A stretch of 64,000 nt of DNA from Lingula anatina (lineage: Eukaryota > Animalia > Brachiopoda), in contig CM120645.1 of assembly GCA_051362555.1 (NCBI GenBank), positions 7,688,001 through 7,752,000 of the forward strand, written 5' to 3'. Numbering within the stretch: position 1 is the stretch's first letter; the number at the start of each line of letters is the position of its first letter. The notes beneath the pieces are model-generated. The model made no database searches. It was given only the letters and a program-made list of their open reading frames with translations, and was not told the origin of the DNA. The position numbers and the translations under genes were made by a program. Positions 39,932 to 53,400 of this stretch are shown in pieces.

Positions 39932-41590
39932 CAGGGTTGCTACTAAATATGGAATATTTTTTATCATTGTTATTTTTGAGTGCTGATTAATTTTTTTTTG
40001 GCTTGAGTCATTAAAAAAGTATGTCACTGAGTGATAATAACATCCAGTCTTCTGTTGTGAGATATTTTGGTCAATAATATCAATTCTGACATGAGATGCC
40101 ATTCAAAAGAAAGGAACACCCCCAGAAAACCATATCAACAGTTTGATGTCAGTATAAACTTTAAGATAAGATATTGAAGAAAATGATAGCCTCCGGACAG
40201 TGATATGTTACACAGTCAAAGAACTCACTACAATAAATCATGAAAAGTTAGTAATTGCGGGTATGACCTCCAGCAGCCGCTTGCAGTGCCCTCATCCTAC
40301 ATGGCATACCCTGTGACACGTTTTTTAGAGTTTGGGTGGGGATATCATTCCACCAGTGATATTTGCCTGTAGCAGTTCATCACTATTTACCGGCCGAGGA
40401 CCATAGCTATTAATTCTGTGAGTTACTTCCGCCCACAGATTTTCAATTGGGTTCATATCTGGAGAGTTTGCCGGCCAGGGCAGTTGCTGAACCCATTGGT
40501 TTTGATAAAAAACAGTGATTCTGCGGCCTCGATGGTGGGTTGTGCAGTTGTCTTGGTACACAAAGTTGTTCCTGAAGATGGCTCTTACCAATCGAAGTAT
40601 CGTTTGCTGTAGAATGTCTCTGTAGGAATCCTGGCTGAGGTTGCCTCTTAGAAAAACCAACTGGTTCTGGGCACCGACATGAAATGCTCCCCAAACAGAG
40701 ACGTTACAATCCCCTGCTTGCACCCTAGGCAGTACACAATCATCGTTTTATGCCCCTCGTACACGTCGGTGGACACGGATTCGACGATCAACCCTAAAAA
40801 ATCCATATCTGGCCTCATCACTGAAAACGACGTGATTCCAGTGTTTTGGCTGCAAACGCACGTGGTCCCCAGCCCATTGCAGACGTCGCTGTATATGACC
40901 TGCTGCTTACAGTGGTTTCCCTACTGGCCTTCGTGCAAAATAACCGGCTTGCAGTAATCTCTTGTTCACGAGGGTACTTGAAACGGGCGTTTGAATGACA
41001 TTCTGCCTCTCTTTTCTGAGGACACTGGTTGTCTTTGTACGACCAGCACGGCGTCCTCTAAGGAGAAGGCGATCCTGTCTTCTTGGTGTGATACGCGGAC
41101 ACCCTGGTAGAGGTATTGGAGTAGGTGCCCCTGTTGCAGCATTTCTTTGGAGGACTTCACAAACGGTTCCTGATAAATGTTGAATTACCTGGCAATTGCT
41201 GCCCGTTTCTGGCCATTTTCTCTGACAGCAAGAATCCCATAGTAAGCTGCGTTGCTTAGCTGTCGAACCATATCTTCACTAAGGTACCTGTCAAGTTTCA
41301 GAGCGATCCTTTTGTTGCTTCTCTAAACACACTCCAAAGATTGACCAAACCCATGCGTTTTTATACAAGGGCAGAAATTGCCGAAAAGACCACCCCTCAC
41401 ATTTCTGACCACAGAACATGCAACTGCATGCATCAATTGTTTCGAGAGTTGTGTGGTAATTAGATAACACACCTGGCTACACATGGAGTGACACCTCAGC
41501 TTTGGATTTAAAGTAGTTAGAGAGAAATTAAATATTTTGTAGAAAATTTACTCGCCAAAAAATAATATTCCATATTAAGTGGTAACCCTG
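39932..41590 (-). mobile_element. Full-length but decayed Tc1-family transposon (1659 bp)
   Basis: TIRs CAGGGTTGCTACTAAATATGGAATATT / AATATTCCATATTAAGTGGTAACCCTG with TA on both sides; encloses a transposase pseudogene. Confidence 0.9.
40248..41271 (-). pseudogene. Tc1 DDE transposase pseudogene
   Basis: ATG at 41271 with an early in-frame stop and frameshifts; motifs VIFSDEARY, VSVWGAF, FVYQDN, LPWPANSPDMNPIENLW, GGHTRNY*. Confidence 0.9.
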
Positions 41591-42469
41591 TATATTTAAG
41601 CAAGCCGATGAAGCAACCAAAGGAACGGTCTTGTTTGTATAAAGTGTAGAAATGCGGGGATAATATGCAAACCTGAAGTGCGACGCCAGTGTTTTAAATA
41701 ATTTCCTTCGGGAGAATTAGAAATCGACTTTGACCGATTGCTTTTCATGTAAATGCTAGGAGTGTGGATTCAAATATCATTTACAAACATTGTGGACTGA
41801 AAATCTCGCACTTATCAGTATAAATTGGAGGAGTAGGCAAGTGGAGTGTTGGGTGGGGGGGGGGTGTAGTTAAAATCAACTTTAATATCAATGTGTGCGG
41901 GAGTGTGTGAGAGTCACTATGCAAAATGATGTTTTTAATGACTTTGTATGTACTGGGGTCATGTTTTGTACTGTGTGTGTTAAATAAACGCCTTATAAAA
42001 CCCATTTTATCAGAACTCCGGGATTTAAGGCTAGGTAGTGTTCCTGAGTTAGGTATCATCTATTAGATTTGCACCTTTGGGGTAGCGCTGACCAGTACTC
42101 TGTTAGTATACTTCCTTGACCGTCTCATGCTATTTGGGGTCTGGTACTATTATATTTGAAAATATATGGGTGGTAACTTTAATAAAAATTTTCATATTAT
42201 TTGACGCAACTCCAAACCAGTGTTGAAACAGATTGCCTGATCGTCACTCAAATGTTAAGGGACATATTTTATTCTAACCGCTTATATATTATTCATATTT
42301 CTGATGTATTTACCTACGCATCGCCTTAATTGACAGGGCATATCCAAGTTGAATGCGGGACTTCAAAAAAGAAATATCTGTTTCATCTGTTTTTTCCTCC
42401 CAAATGCTACATTGAAGAGTTTCTGATATTAAAATCCTTGACTGTACTTTCGTCTGTTTATCATAAATA

Positions 42470-43380
42470 CACTGGCCAAAAATGAAACGCAAGTCTTTGT
42501 TATGACCACAGTGCTTCAACATGCCCAAAAACGAACATGCAAGTATGGTCAGTGCATTCAGTGACAAATCACCAGTTAAGCCTGTCAATTCAGAAATGAT
42601 ACAGTGCACGCTTGAATGTTTCCAGACAATGGCTAGCTTCAGATTTTCCTAAATTTCATTTGAACACTAATGGGGGCAAGTGTGCTGCAGGTATCAGTTG
42701 TCCACCATAACTGTAGTGGACACTGGACTCAGAAAACCAACATTTGGAGACTGAATTCCATACTGACATCATGTCTCGAAGTTCTTCTCTGGACAGAGGT
42801 CGTGCAATTGGCCATTGCCATTGGTACAGTGTTATGGTTTGGGCGTAAGTGGGAATTTCCAGACGGAACTAATGGTGATTGCAGTGATAGGTGGAAATCT
42901 GACTGGCCAGTGGTAGAGAGATGATGCCCTAAGGACGGCTGTTGTGCCATTCATGCGTCAGCACCCAACCCTACGCTAGCTCCAGTACGACAACATCCAT
43001 TGTCATACTGCCAGTATAGCCCAGGCGTACCTGCAGCAGGCGCAGATCCAGACTCATCTGTGGTCAGCGTTAAGACCAGACATGTCTCCGACTGAGGATG
43101 TCTGGGATGAACTGGGCAGACGACTTTATGACCGCCAGCCACAGCCTACCACAGTCATAAAGTTAAAGAGCTGCAGTGGTGGAAGAATGGAGAAAGATGC
43201 ACCCCAGGCCCACATTCGAGGTCTGGAACGGTCCATGAGGAGGAGGATACTAGCCTTTGTTGCTGCCAGGGGAGGACACACATGTTACTGAACAATGTAG
43301 TACAATTTATGCAACAATACTGCACAAAACGTATATTTAAACCATAGATATTATTTACTTGCAATTTTTTTTGGCCAGTA
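42470..43380 (+). mobile_element. Internally deleted Tc1-family element
   Basis: TIRs CACTGGCCAAAA / TTTTGGCCAGTA with TA flanks; transposase remnant MSPTEDVWDELGRRL...MRRRILAFVAARGGHTCY*. Its left half recurs at 55693-56050. Confidence 0.85.
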
Positions 43381-44224
43381 TATGTATATGTCACAGGCAA
43401 GATTGAAATCAAGGCCAATATTAAATTTTGAAATCCAAATCTTGCGTAGGCGAGTTGAAATTTAGCCTAGGCCAGATTCAAAGCCCAATTGCATATAACA
43501 GATCTTTAAAAAAATTGTAAGTACATTAATCTCTTCCCTAATAAAGGATTTTTTTGTTAAATAATATATGGTTAATAGCATTTTAGTTAACTATTTTGCA
43601 TACAGGGGATCACAAAGTTTTTCCATTCATTTTTTGCCCCACATACGGGTTCTTTGGGCTGCATTTTAGTCCCATTTGTACTTTTACAAATGTTGCAGTT
43701 CATTTTCTTTCTTTCTTTCTTTCTTTTTTTGAATTTATAAAACACAATCATTAACTTATCTAATTATAAGCAGTTGGGGATAGAGACCTACGTAGATGTT
43801 CTATGTTATCACCAAAAATTGGGAAATCTTCGCTTCAGATGTGTTAACTTGTGCACAGCACTTTAGGAAAAACACTAGCGGTCTTATGTTTAAATATGAC
43901 TAACTGATGAATTATCTTATTATAAATTCATGTTTTCGAAGAATCACATTTGATATGAAACTACCTTTTTAGGTCTTATGTCTTTCAGAGTCCCGTGAGG
44001 CAGGCTGGCATTTGAGATGTAGTTGTCAAACACAGGAATTAACGCCCTCTTAAGACGTAACGACATACATGTATTCGCGATAACTACTTTTCGAGTATTC
44101 TGATATGTATATATAAATATATATTGCAGGTTTATTAGATAATTAAAGCCCCTTCTCCTATTTAGAATTCCACTGGTCCGGCTGGCATTTCAGCTGTAAC
44201 TGTCAATCACAGGCACGCCCACTG

Positions 44225-44285
44225 AAACAACGCATGCGCGATGACTGCTTTCTATGTGGTCTGTGTGTGTATATATATTCCAGTT
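44225..44285 (+). promoter_or_regulatory. Putative core promoter of lectin-like/VWD gene A
   Basis: CGCATGCGCG (NRF1-like) at 44231 and a TATATATA tract ~90 nt before the ATG; both retained in paralogue B (56381 and ~56422). Confidence 0.4.
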
Positions 44286-44363
44286 TTGTTAGAACTACAA
44301 TTATTGCGTGGCATTTTTCTGAACAAGAAGGTAAAATATCTCTCATCTTCTCGCTGCTCCAAA

Positions 44364-47300
44364 ATGCTGCCAATAGCTGTTGCATTTGTTTTGCTTCTCT
44401 CTCAACAACTGGACCAAACCGGTGAGTATTCAGTTTCTTTTCACTTATGCACTCTTGCCTTATGCTATGAATTGAACTTGAACGTGATGTTAATATGAAA
44501 ACAAAGGGATTACTCTTTGAAACATATTAATGTTTGAAAATTAGTGTACTCGGTTATCATGTCTTTTATTCATTGTTGCTTTGGTTCTTGTATTGAAAGG
44601 TGATGTAAAAAAAACAATTTTATGCTAAATATGTTAGACCGATCTATAGATTAGAGAAAGTTAGGTAAGATATGAGCACATAATTATGGGGCACTTAAGG
44701 GGAATTGTAACCCTTTATCATCATTCAGATACCGAAAATGAGTTTTTTCGTGCATCTCATTATTCCATAATGCATCTATCTTTGTGCTGATTAAAAAAAT
44801 CCCTCCAAAATATAAAATATCGGCGTTTATATTTCTCGTAGCAATGTATAAACATAGGCGACTCAAAGTTTTAGCGTTAACTTAACACTTTTCTATTTTG
44901 AGAGGGGATAGCAATCGTTATGGGGCGTAATTTCATCCCGGAACAAGATTTCATCACGAAAATTGGCAGAGTTGACCACGAGGCCGTCATTTTGGTTTAA
45001 ACGTTTTTGTTATGGAGTTATGAGCTCCTAATTACAGATTTACATAAACATAGGCACTATTTTGCTTTATCAACGATAAAATCTGAGCTAAGGCTTTTAA
45101 GAAAAATCGCTGGCAGGAGTTTGAAGCACTAAATGGTGGCATTAAATTGGCGTTGAGACGGTGATCGTTGGTGCTCAGGCATAAGAGCAACTTAAAACGA
45201 ATTTTTCAGCTTTTTTACCCAAAATCACAATTATGACTTCACCCATAAGATGACATATGTGTAAATGTTAATTAATTTAGTCACTGAACACTGAATGTTT
45301 AGCTATTACCCAAAAGAATGTAGGTAAGGCAGTAAAGAAGGAGTTTAAGGCGAAGGGTGACATTATCCTTAGTAAAAGCGTTATTATGTCCTGACATACA
45401 AGTTTTCATTTTGACTGGTAACCTTCAACTGACACAGGAATCGATTTGTTAGTTTTTACTGCCTGGACAAAGGCAGAACCAAAGTGCCGTAAACATAACA
45501 ACGATCATTCAGCATATGTTTTGCACACACTGGCATTTAAAAAAAAATATTTGCATTATGTATAACAGTCTGAGTGCTCATATTCTGCCACCCGACGGTA
45601 GATATTTCCACTGGAAATATCTGGACTGCAGACACACATATACGCGTACTGTGGTACATGTATGTAACGGTGATGCACAAGAAAGCCTAACACTGATTTA
45701 AACGTTGGACGATTTTATTGGCCTATGGAAACCAACCCAGGCGGAAATATTCCTCATTAACATTAAAAAACATTAATTAATGCTTGTTTTAAAGCTTTAT
45801 ACAATTATAGACTTTGGCTGAGATCACTTCTTGGCTCGGATTAAGAAAGAGCTGGAAAGGTGACCGACGCCGAAGGGAGGATAATGTTTACTAATTCCAT
45901 AGAGGGGCATAGATAAAAACTATCTTACGGCGCGCCTAATTAACATATTATAAAGCAATGCTTCAGGTGTCATCCTACCACGGATGAATAAAGTTTTGGA
46001 AAAATTGATTAACGGGGATAAAATCGGATTTATTAAAGAAATTTAGGCACAACCGGGTGAGAATAATGGTCTTGCACACGACACCATAACTTATGTTTCT
46101 GAATAAAGGATTTTCTGAAATCTTATAGTTAACACGATTTTGAAAAAGATATAACCCTTTTTTGGCATCTACCGTTTATAAATGCAGTTTGTTTCCGTTG
46201 AAATATTTTCTAGATAGACATCTTTGACCGTGCATTTTTTATGCCTGTTTTTAAGTGTCGTTGATGATTGTTCAGATCAGTAGGAAAAGTTACTTTCTTA
46301 ATATTTTAGATGCCTGTAGCTGTGTGCCTTGGGTGGGACACACCGATGACATATGCATAGCTTCTGGTTATGAAAACTGCACTACTGGGTACAAAAATCA
46401 CACGGCGTCGTCGCCAACTGATTTGATAAATAAATGTCGCGACATTTCTCCCGATGGCTCTGGCCAACCTCTCACTATTGTCAGCTTAGAAGAGTATAAA
46501 GCATTGGAAAGATACCTTCAAGGAATTGGTAAGTTCCCTGATATCAGTTCATTTTTAATTAGCAAATTAGAATTATTGCAACAAACATGGTTCATCCATC
46601 TTTATACTAATGAATGAACAGTATCTTCTGCATCATAATGACATTTTATTAATTTTTTTTCTTATGGTAAGGCAAAATAAGATGGAACATTCACTGAATA
46701 TCATTTTTACCACTTTTTAGGTTACGGCTACACAGAGAGTTCTCCGCGTTTCAGTTGCTCTCAGATGTATTCTACTCTAGCCGTAGTCACTGCCTTGAAT
46801 AGTACACACTTGACATGCACATTTTCTACTAGTAAGTAAATATCAGTTGGACACAATATAGGATTCTTTACTGATAAACACCTTCACATACAAGGTACAA
46901 TCAATGATAGCACATCTAACTATATAATAAAAAGTTGTTCACTTTTACCTACAGGTACGAACCGTGATCCCCGCAGTTGCAGAAAATGGCATTCTGGTTT
47001 ATTTGTTCCATTGCCATGACATTGCATCATTAAATATGCATCTGGAACCACTAAATATAAACACTTATTTTTCTTAATAAACACCTCGATCTAATGCAAG
47101 TGTAAGACGGAACATGTAAAAATACACAAACATTTTCAAAGAAACGTTACAAATATTGGTAGGTTTACATGTCATTAAATTACAGCTCCTCCCGCTGTTT
47201 GGATCTTGGACTTGACGACCCCAAATGCGACAGATATTTTGGAGGATAATCCTGTTGTAGGTGAGTAAAACGATTCCTTAACACGGAAATCTATCAGCGT

Positions 47301-48523
47301 TTTAAAAAGAAATAATCTCGGATTAAATTCATGGTTTCTAACTAATATACATGTATATGACGTCACTGCTGGGGGGGGGGCATATACCAAATAAAATTAA
47401 GCTAGAAATGGATATATTGCATTGTTTTTATGTGGACCAAATCGCACAAAATATCTTCATTGTAAATACGTAATTGGGATAAAGGCTAGGGTCCAAAACA
47501 TATCAAAGTCACAAACCCTTGGGCAGAATTATTTAAAAACACGTATAAAATGGTATTTGTTACACACGTGGACATACATGCCCAACGTCTTTTTTTTCAG
47601 GCGACGTTCTTGTGTTACACTTCAAAGCAAGCCCAGGCGATGTGGTTGGAGTGGGCAACACCCAAAAATTAAAGATGAAGTTCCGGTCCGACTTTTCTGG
47701 CGAACACTTAACCATCTGTTCTATGCCTCAAGGGAGTTGTCCAAGTAAGTTTATTCAATAACATGTGCTGACTGTATTTAGAATTGAAGTTATGCACAAA
47801 GCATCCAAGATAACCGAGGCTTGTGACTGAAGACTTTCCGATTAATATTTTACAGACTAAGCGTTCATTCTCAATGTTTAATAAAACAGATTGATCTTAA
47901 GGTCACGTTTTGGGTTCTTTGAGGTCTGGCAGCATGTTTTTGTTTAATTAAGACAGCTTGGCATGTATAAGTTATTATTATTTTTTCTTTGATATCGCAG
48001 TTATTCCTTTAGATAGCCCTAAGTCGGTTCTTTATTAACAAAAGTATTTGCTTGCTCCATTGATGGACTGTATACATTTCCAGAAAAAATGTAATTGTGG
48101 CTGTGCATTTAGCAGAAATAAGGCAGCCAACTGTTCATCAACAATACTTAATTAAGCAGTAAATGTGTTAGCTTTCAAATTTCAAATGTTTTTACTATAT
48201 TATTGTTTAACCAGTTTCCCTAAATATGGATATGAAGATGTGCCTTTACTATAGTATGAACCTACAGGCAATCATAATACATTTACATTGAATTGTGTAA
48301 AAGAAATAGGTCCCAGAGATCTAGTCCATTGCTATTTAGAATAAAGTTTTTGTAGGCAACCATATTTTTTAACCAGAATGGGGTATGTTGTGCCTGTTGA
48401 AACCCCCAAACCATTTAGAAACGTCAGATGTGGAATCACCCAAAGAATAATGACTTGAAAAATACTTAAGCCAATTATACATGTTTTATTTAAACAAGAA
48501 TCACCCTGCTTTGGTGGTCACTG

Positions 48524-48558
<35 letters not shown>

Positions 48559-50453
48559 TGTATGTATTATATGTATTTAAATTACTGTTATAAACCAAAA
48601 ACTTAAATATGTCATTTTACCTTTTTCAGTGGGTCAGTGTATAGTCAGAGGAGACCCCCACATTAAACAATTCGATGGGGATCAGTTCCTTTTCAGTGGG
48701 TTCTGCAGATATATACTGTCAGAAACCATGCCAGGAGCAGCCGAGGAATTCAACATAACCGGCACATTTGTCTATAATAAGCCTGGCAGTACTAGGACCA
48801 TGATCCAGGAGGTTTTGATACATGTGCGCAATATGACCATTGAGATGAGTACAGATGGAACAGTAAAGGTGCGTGTGATCAGTCATTTTCAGTAATGAAA
48901 AAACGTAGAAATATTTAGATTGGTTTCTTAAACACACACACACGCACGCACGCACACACGCACACACACACACACATATATATATACCGAAGTGCAAAAC
49001 AGTGTTCGGCAAACCTTTTTCTGAAATATCAAACCTCATGTACAAACAATTAAAAATTATCCACATTATATGTTACCAGTACAATGTAACGTTTCTAAAA
49101 GCGTCATGACAAACTTCTAAATTCACTTGCATATATTTTGTACTCCAGGTTGACGGTGATGTTGTTGTCGCAACAATCGCACCACAAGACGTGGGACACG
49201 GTGTGATGTTGTATCTCGACCCAACAGACTTCCCGAGGACTGTCGTGGACTTGCGTGGTGTTTTGAAAGTTGAACTCACCACCCCTGTTGGCGCATTAAA
49301 ACGTAAAGGACATAGAGCCATCATCAATATTCCAGGTAAAATGACAAAAACTGTATTTTAACAGAGAAGATGCCCTGTGACAATCAGAAGTAAGCTAAAG
49401 TGACAAGGTGGCAAGTTTATTAATTTAAAGGGTCTCATATGAAGCCAATGTGTTCAATGCGGCTAAAATGTAAAATGACAATAGTCTTCTATGGCTCTAT
49501 TCCCATAGATTTTAGATCGATCTATCCCCGCGGGGAGTCTCACTAGATTACTTTCAGATAATCCGACTTAAATGTCCGTCCCGCCTACTACAAGCTGTAA
49601 GGGTGTAATTAACTTTCGTGTCCGCCCGGCTGACAGCTATTTAGCGTGAACCCCCAGGGAGTTAGGTCGATCTAAAGTAGGTCGATCTAATCTATGGAAA
49701 TGGGGTGTATGTTAATAATGGAGAATAATCTGAATAAATCATTGTTATTTAGTTTATTTTTTAAATCTCTTTACAACAGAAACATATGGTGGCTATCTGA
49801 ATGGGTTGTGTGGAAATCTCAACGGCGATGCTTCTGACGATGATAATCCCTGTGATGGAGGCCCACCTGCAGATTGCTTTGTAGATGACGACAGGTAAGT
49901 CATTCTCCCATTGTGCCACCACCGTGCACGTGACTGTTAAATCATTAAGTTACCTATGAAGTCAACTCTTTGCCACTTTATCCGACCAAACGCCATCATA
50001 TACTGTAGTTTCAGAAAGCATAACTTCATGACGCATTTACAGTGAAAACGTTGCCACAAACCTGACCAAACGCTACCATATAGGTTCAAATCTCAAACTT
50101 AGAAAAATTTGCGTGGATTTATTCTGCTTTCTCTCTGTGCTATAAGTATCCCTCATCAGATTCATTTGTACAAGTGTGCAATTGCACACGCAGCTTTACA
50201 TCCTTATTTGGGAGTGAGAGTGATAATTATGCTCTATGCTGCATCATTTAGCAAACAAGCTTCTGACCAGAAATTCGAAAAAAAAAAGAGCAGAGTTACG
50301 GCTATTTTCAAGACTGACAATTTTTTATATACACTAAGACAAATTCTGATTTCCAATGTGATGTCTATCTCTGACCATCTACAGATTGTATCATATTTTG
50401 AATCCACATCTTTCAAGTACACGTTTTACTTTGTCCATTTCAGCTGCGCCTGA
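44364..50453 (+). CDS. Secreted protein with divergent C-type-lectin-like domain plus single VWD domain, paralogue A (~385 aa, 9 exons)
   Basis: Exons 44364-44421, 46310-46528, 46721-46831, 47186-47260, 47601-47744, 48630-48868, 49149-49335, 49780-49894, 50444-50453; all GT-AG, 1158 nt. Signal peptide MLPIAVAFVLLLSQQLDQTDA; VWD motifs CIVRGDPHIKQFDG and GLCGNLNGDASDD. AATAAA at 51437. The lectin-like call is tentative. Confidence 0.88.
44699..45368. mobile_element. Kolobok-like non-autonomous transposon in intron 1 of paralogue A
   Basis: Imperfect TIRs GGGGAATTGTAACCCTT / AAGGGTGACATTATCC, TTAA / TTAG flanks; empty TTAA site in paralogue B at 56846-56849. Confidence 0.8.
49493..49707. mobile_element. 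PIF/Harbinger-like MITE, copy 2
   Basis: Near-identical to 3214-3427; TAT duplicated at 49490-49492 and 49708-49710; single TAT empty site in paralogue B at 62432-62434. Confidence 0.9.
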
Positions 50454-53400
50454 AACAGCCCCATGAAAGAACACCAAGAACAATGGAGGTTTACAGCCAA
50501 GAACTTAGAAAATCTACTGGAATTATCAAGTTGGGTTTAATTGTACTATTTTAATCAATTGGAACTACATGTTTTAGCATATGAAATTGGGTATCATGCA
50601 TTCTTTTGTCTTAGAATTGTCAGTGCTCTTTATTTCAAGGACACTTTAATACATGGCCTGTATTTTTTACTTTAAAATGTCTGTAATAACTAATGAACTG
50701 TGGATGTTAGAATACTTAGTGCAAAGACTATCGCTGTATTTTAATTACGTAGGGATCTTTTGAAGAACTTGTGAAGAACTTGAGCCCGACCCGTGGTTCC
50801 TAGGAAATTGTTGTATATACCATTACTGTATTTTAATTGTGCAGGTAAAAGGCACATTGATATTCCAAAAGTGCTTAAATTTCATTAATTTGGAACTGTG
50901 TAACAAATCAGTGTGGGTATCACATATTTTTGTCATTAACTTGTTTTTTTTTCACCAAGGATATAAGGAATAATATTGTATATTCACTACTAAAAGAAAA
51001 GATAAAAGGATTTTTAGCTTATCCAAAGTAAACTACTACCAAAGTTCTTTTGGAAAATTAGTGGTAACTGGGGATGTTAGAATACTTGGTGCAAAGACTA
51101 TTTTAATTGTATTTTAATTGCGTACTTTACAGATACACTGACACAGAAAGGCTATTGACAATTCATTAGGATATTTTATTCGTTGTAAAAAATTCATATT
51201 AATTAGGGGTTCTATTTGCTTAAATTTTGTGTTTTGGGACATTTGAACTTCAGTAGCAATCAAGGAAGATATAAGTGTAAAATTCATATTAACTGGGGGC
51301 TCTTTTTACTTACATTAAGCGTTTAGGGATACATCTATGTACATGTTATAATGTGGGAAGATATTTAAATATCATGTTAATTGGGGTATTCTTTCAACTT
51401 CAATTTTAATCTGGGAATTTATTGTGAAAACATGGAAATAAAACTGGTATTCAAATTAGTTTTGTCTTGTTTCTTTTCTCTTTCATTAAAAATTACGTTT
51501 GAACACTAAAATTAATCATTTTACACCAAATTATTTTATGTATGGAAATGTGTTTGGGATAAAAAGACAATAACTTCCTATTATCTATTGATATTTTAAC
51601 GTATTCTGCACATATTTGAAATTGAAGTCATTTTTTCATCCGACAAGGCTTTATATTATTTTCCCCCTTCTGACATCAAAAACAATAAATCCCTTTAATG
51701 AAAGTTTATCTGAAGTGTAGCTAACCCACATAACGTTTTCATAACGCTATCAAAAGGTTTCGTTCTGGCAATGGCGTAGTAATACTAACTTTGTATTTGG
51801 CCCCCTGGACAGAAAAAGGGTTAAGGTTACGTCCTGATAACTTTGTTGAAAAGATTTTAAAAAATTCTATTAAACGTTACAATACCGTTATCTTGAGTAG
51901 AATTTTAATGATTTTACGACGTGAGACGTGTCCAGTCAGTTAAAACCAAACCTTCATTGTCATAATGATTCGTCTTATTGTTGTCCATTTTTACGTCAGT
52001 TACATAATTTCTCTTCACTTTTTCATACTTTCTTTATTGTCCTCATAATATTCATTTTCATTTACCTTCTTGCTGTCCATTTTTTTTACTTCAGTGACAT
52101 AATTCCCTTCATTGCCGTATTAAGGTTCATTCATATTCATAGCGTTGTCCATTTCTGGTTTGTATTACCCCTTCATTGCATCCTGTGGTTTTTAACATCT
52201 CAGTATCGGAGGGTTTCAACAGATAAGCATCACTCTTGCTTCACTCTTTATCATCCCCTGCAGCCCTCTGCCCTCCATCAGCTTGAATGTTACTTCACGC
52301 TTTTTTTAATTCCCAGCTTGTCTTTATTGTCAAAATTCATGGTTACATCCCTTATAACACCCCAAATATTTCTGAGAGAATTCAACACTGAAAGTCATTC
52401 CTCTTTTATTCGAAACAGAGGTGTACTAGAAATCTGGTACTTATATTCTTGATTCCACCCAGACAATCTGGCAGCCTGCTGTAGATGTCTGGGTATCCAT
52501 ATACTGGTACTCTTCATCATATCACATGCTGGTTTTTGCCATTGTTAACTGCCTGTTTGTCTCAGCTGCTTATAAGGTAGAAACTGCTGAGTGCGCAATG
52601 TTTGTAATAACCATTCTAACGATTTTGTTTGGTTATATAGATCCTTTGGCTGCGTTTGACCAATAAGATAATTGAGACATGCAATTTTAATTTTTCAAAG
52701 TTTTGGTTAATACTTCATTCTTTTTGCTGCGTCCACACCTTTAAAGTGCTGTTTTTGTATCTTCACCTCTCTATGTGTCTCCCTCTCTCTGACTCCCTGC
52801 AACCTCTTTATATACCTTTTAAGTCCTTAATTTAAGTTATATATATTATGTATATTGATATAAATGTATATAGCTGGTCTTTTCTCTATATTTTTTCCAC
52901 GAATTAATAAAATGTATAATAATAGTGAATTAAACAAATAATTAGGTATAAAATGCAATCTGCAAAACACTGTAAATGAACATATTAAAAACTATCTGGA
53001 ATAATCTACAATGTTACCATGGAAATATATCGTAGACTAGAAAGGAATCGGTGTAGGGGGGTGAACTATTTACAAGCATTGATTTGTATTTTCAGTTCTG
53101 GTCAAAGTAAAAAGAACTTGTAACTTCTATACTTTATGCAGCCTGAGTGGCACATCATGGGCCTGAGAGGAAAAATCTGTATCAAAAATCATGCTGTGTG
53201 TAATGTAGTTTAAATTATCCAAATTTTGAGTTAACTTGTAGATAACATGGAGTATTGGAAGCTTTTTCTGAGGTTTTCGCAAAGCAGCAGGAGGTTTTCG
53301 TGGTTTCCGTTTACCACCATGACTGGCTCAGTTATGGTTATTCTCGCTTATTCTCGCAAGTTAACGGATAAGTCTAAGGATTTCTACAGTTGACCCCCCC

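Larger units (their letters stand above)
35560..51180 (+). repeat. Tandem segmental duplication, unit A
   Basis: Colinear blocks 35560/53490, 37245/53770, 42075/55295, 44009/56181 through to 51150/63960; non-coding identity roughly 80% by eye. Confidence 0.9.

Noticed and set aside
44234-44363. Upstream ATGs (44234/44241 and 56384) as start codons of the VWD genes
   Set aside because: They precede the TATA-like tract and are not in equivalent frames in the two copies; AAAATG at 44364 and 56516 gives a clean signal peptide.
46953-47080. Possible extra exon after TACAG in intron 3 of the VWD genes
   Set aside because: No convincing downstream donor, and divergence between paralogues looks intron-like.
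51928-52452. 174-aa hydrophobic plus-strand ORF
   Set aside because: F/L/I/H richness follows from the T/C-rich composition; no ATG start, domain or splice support.
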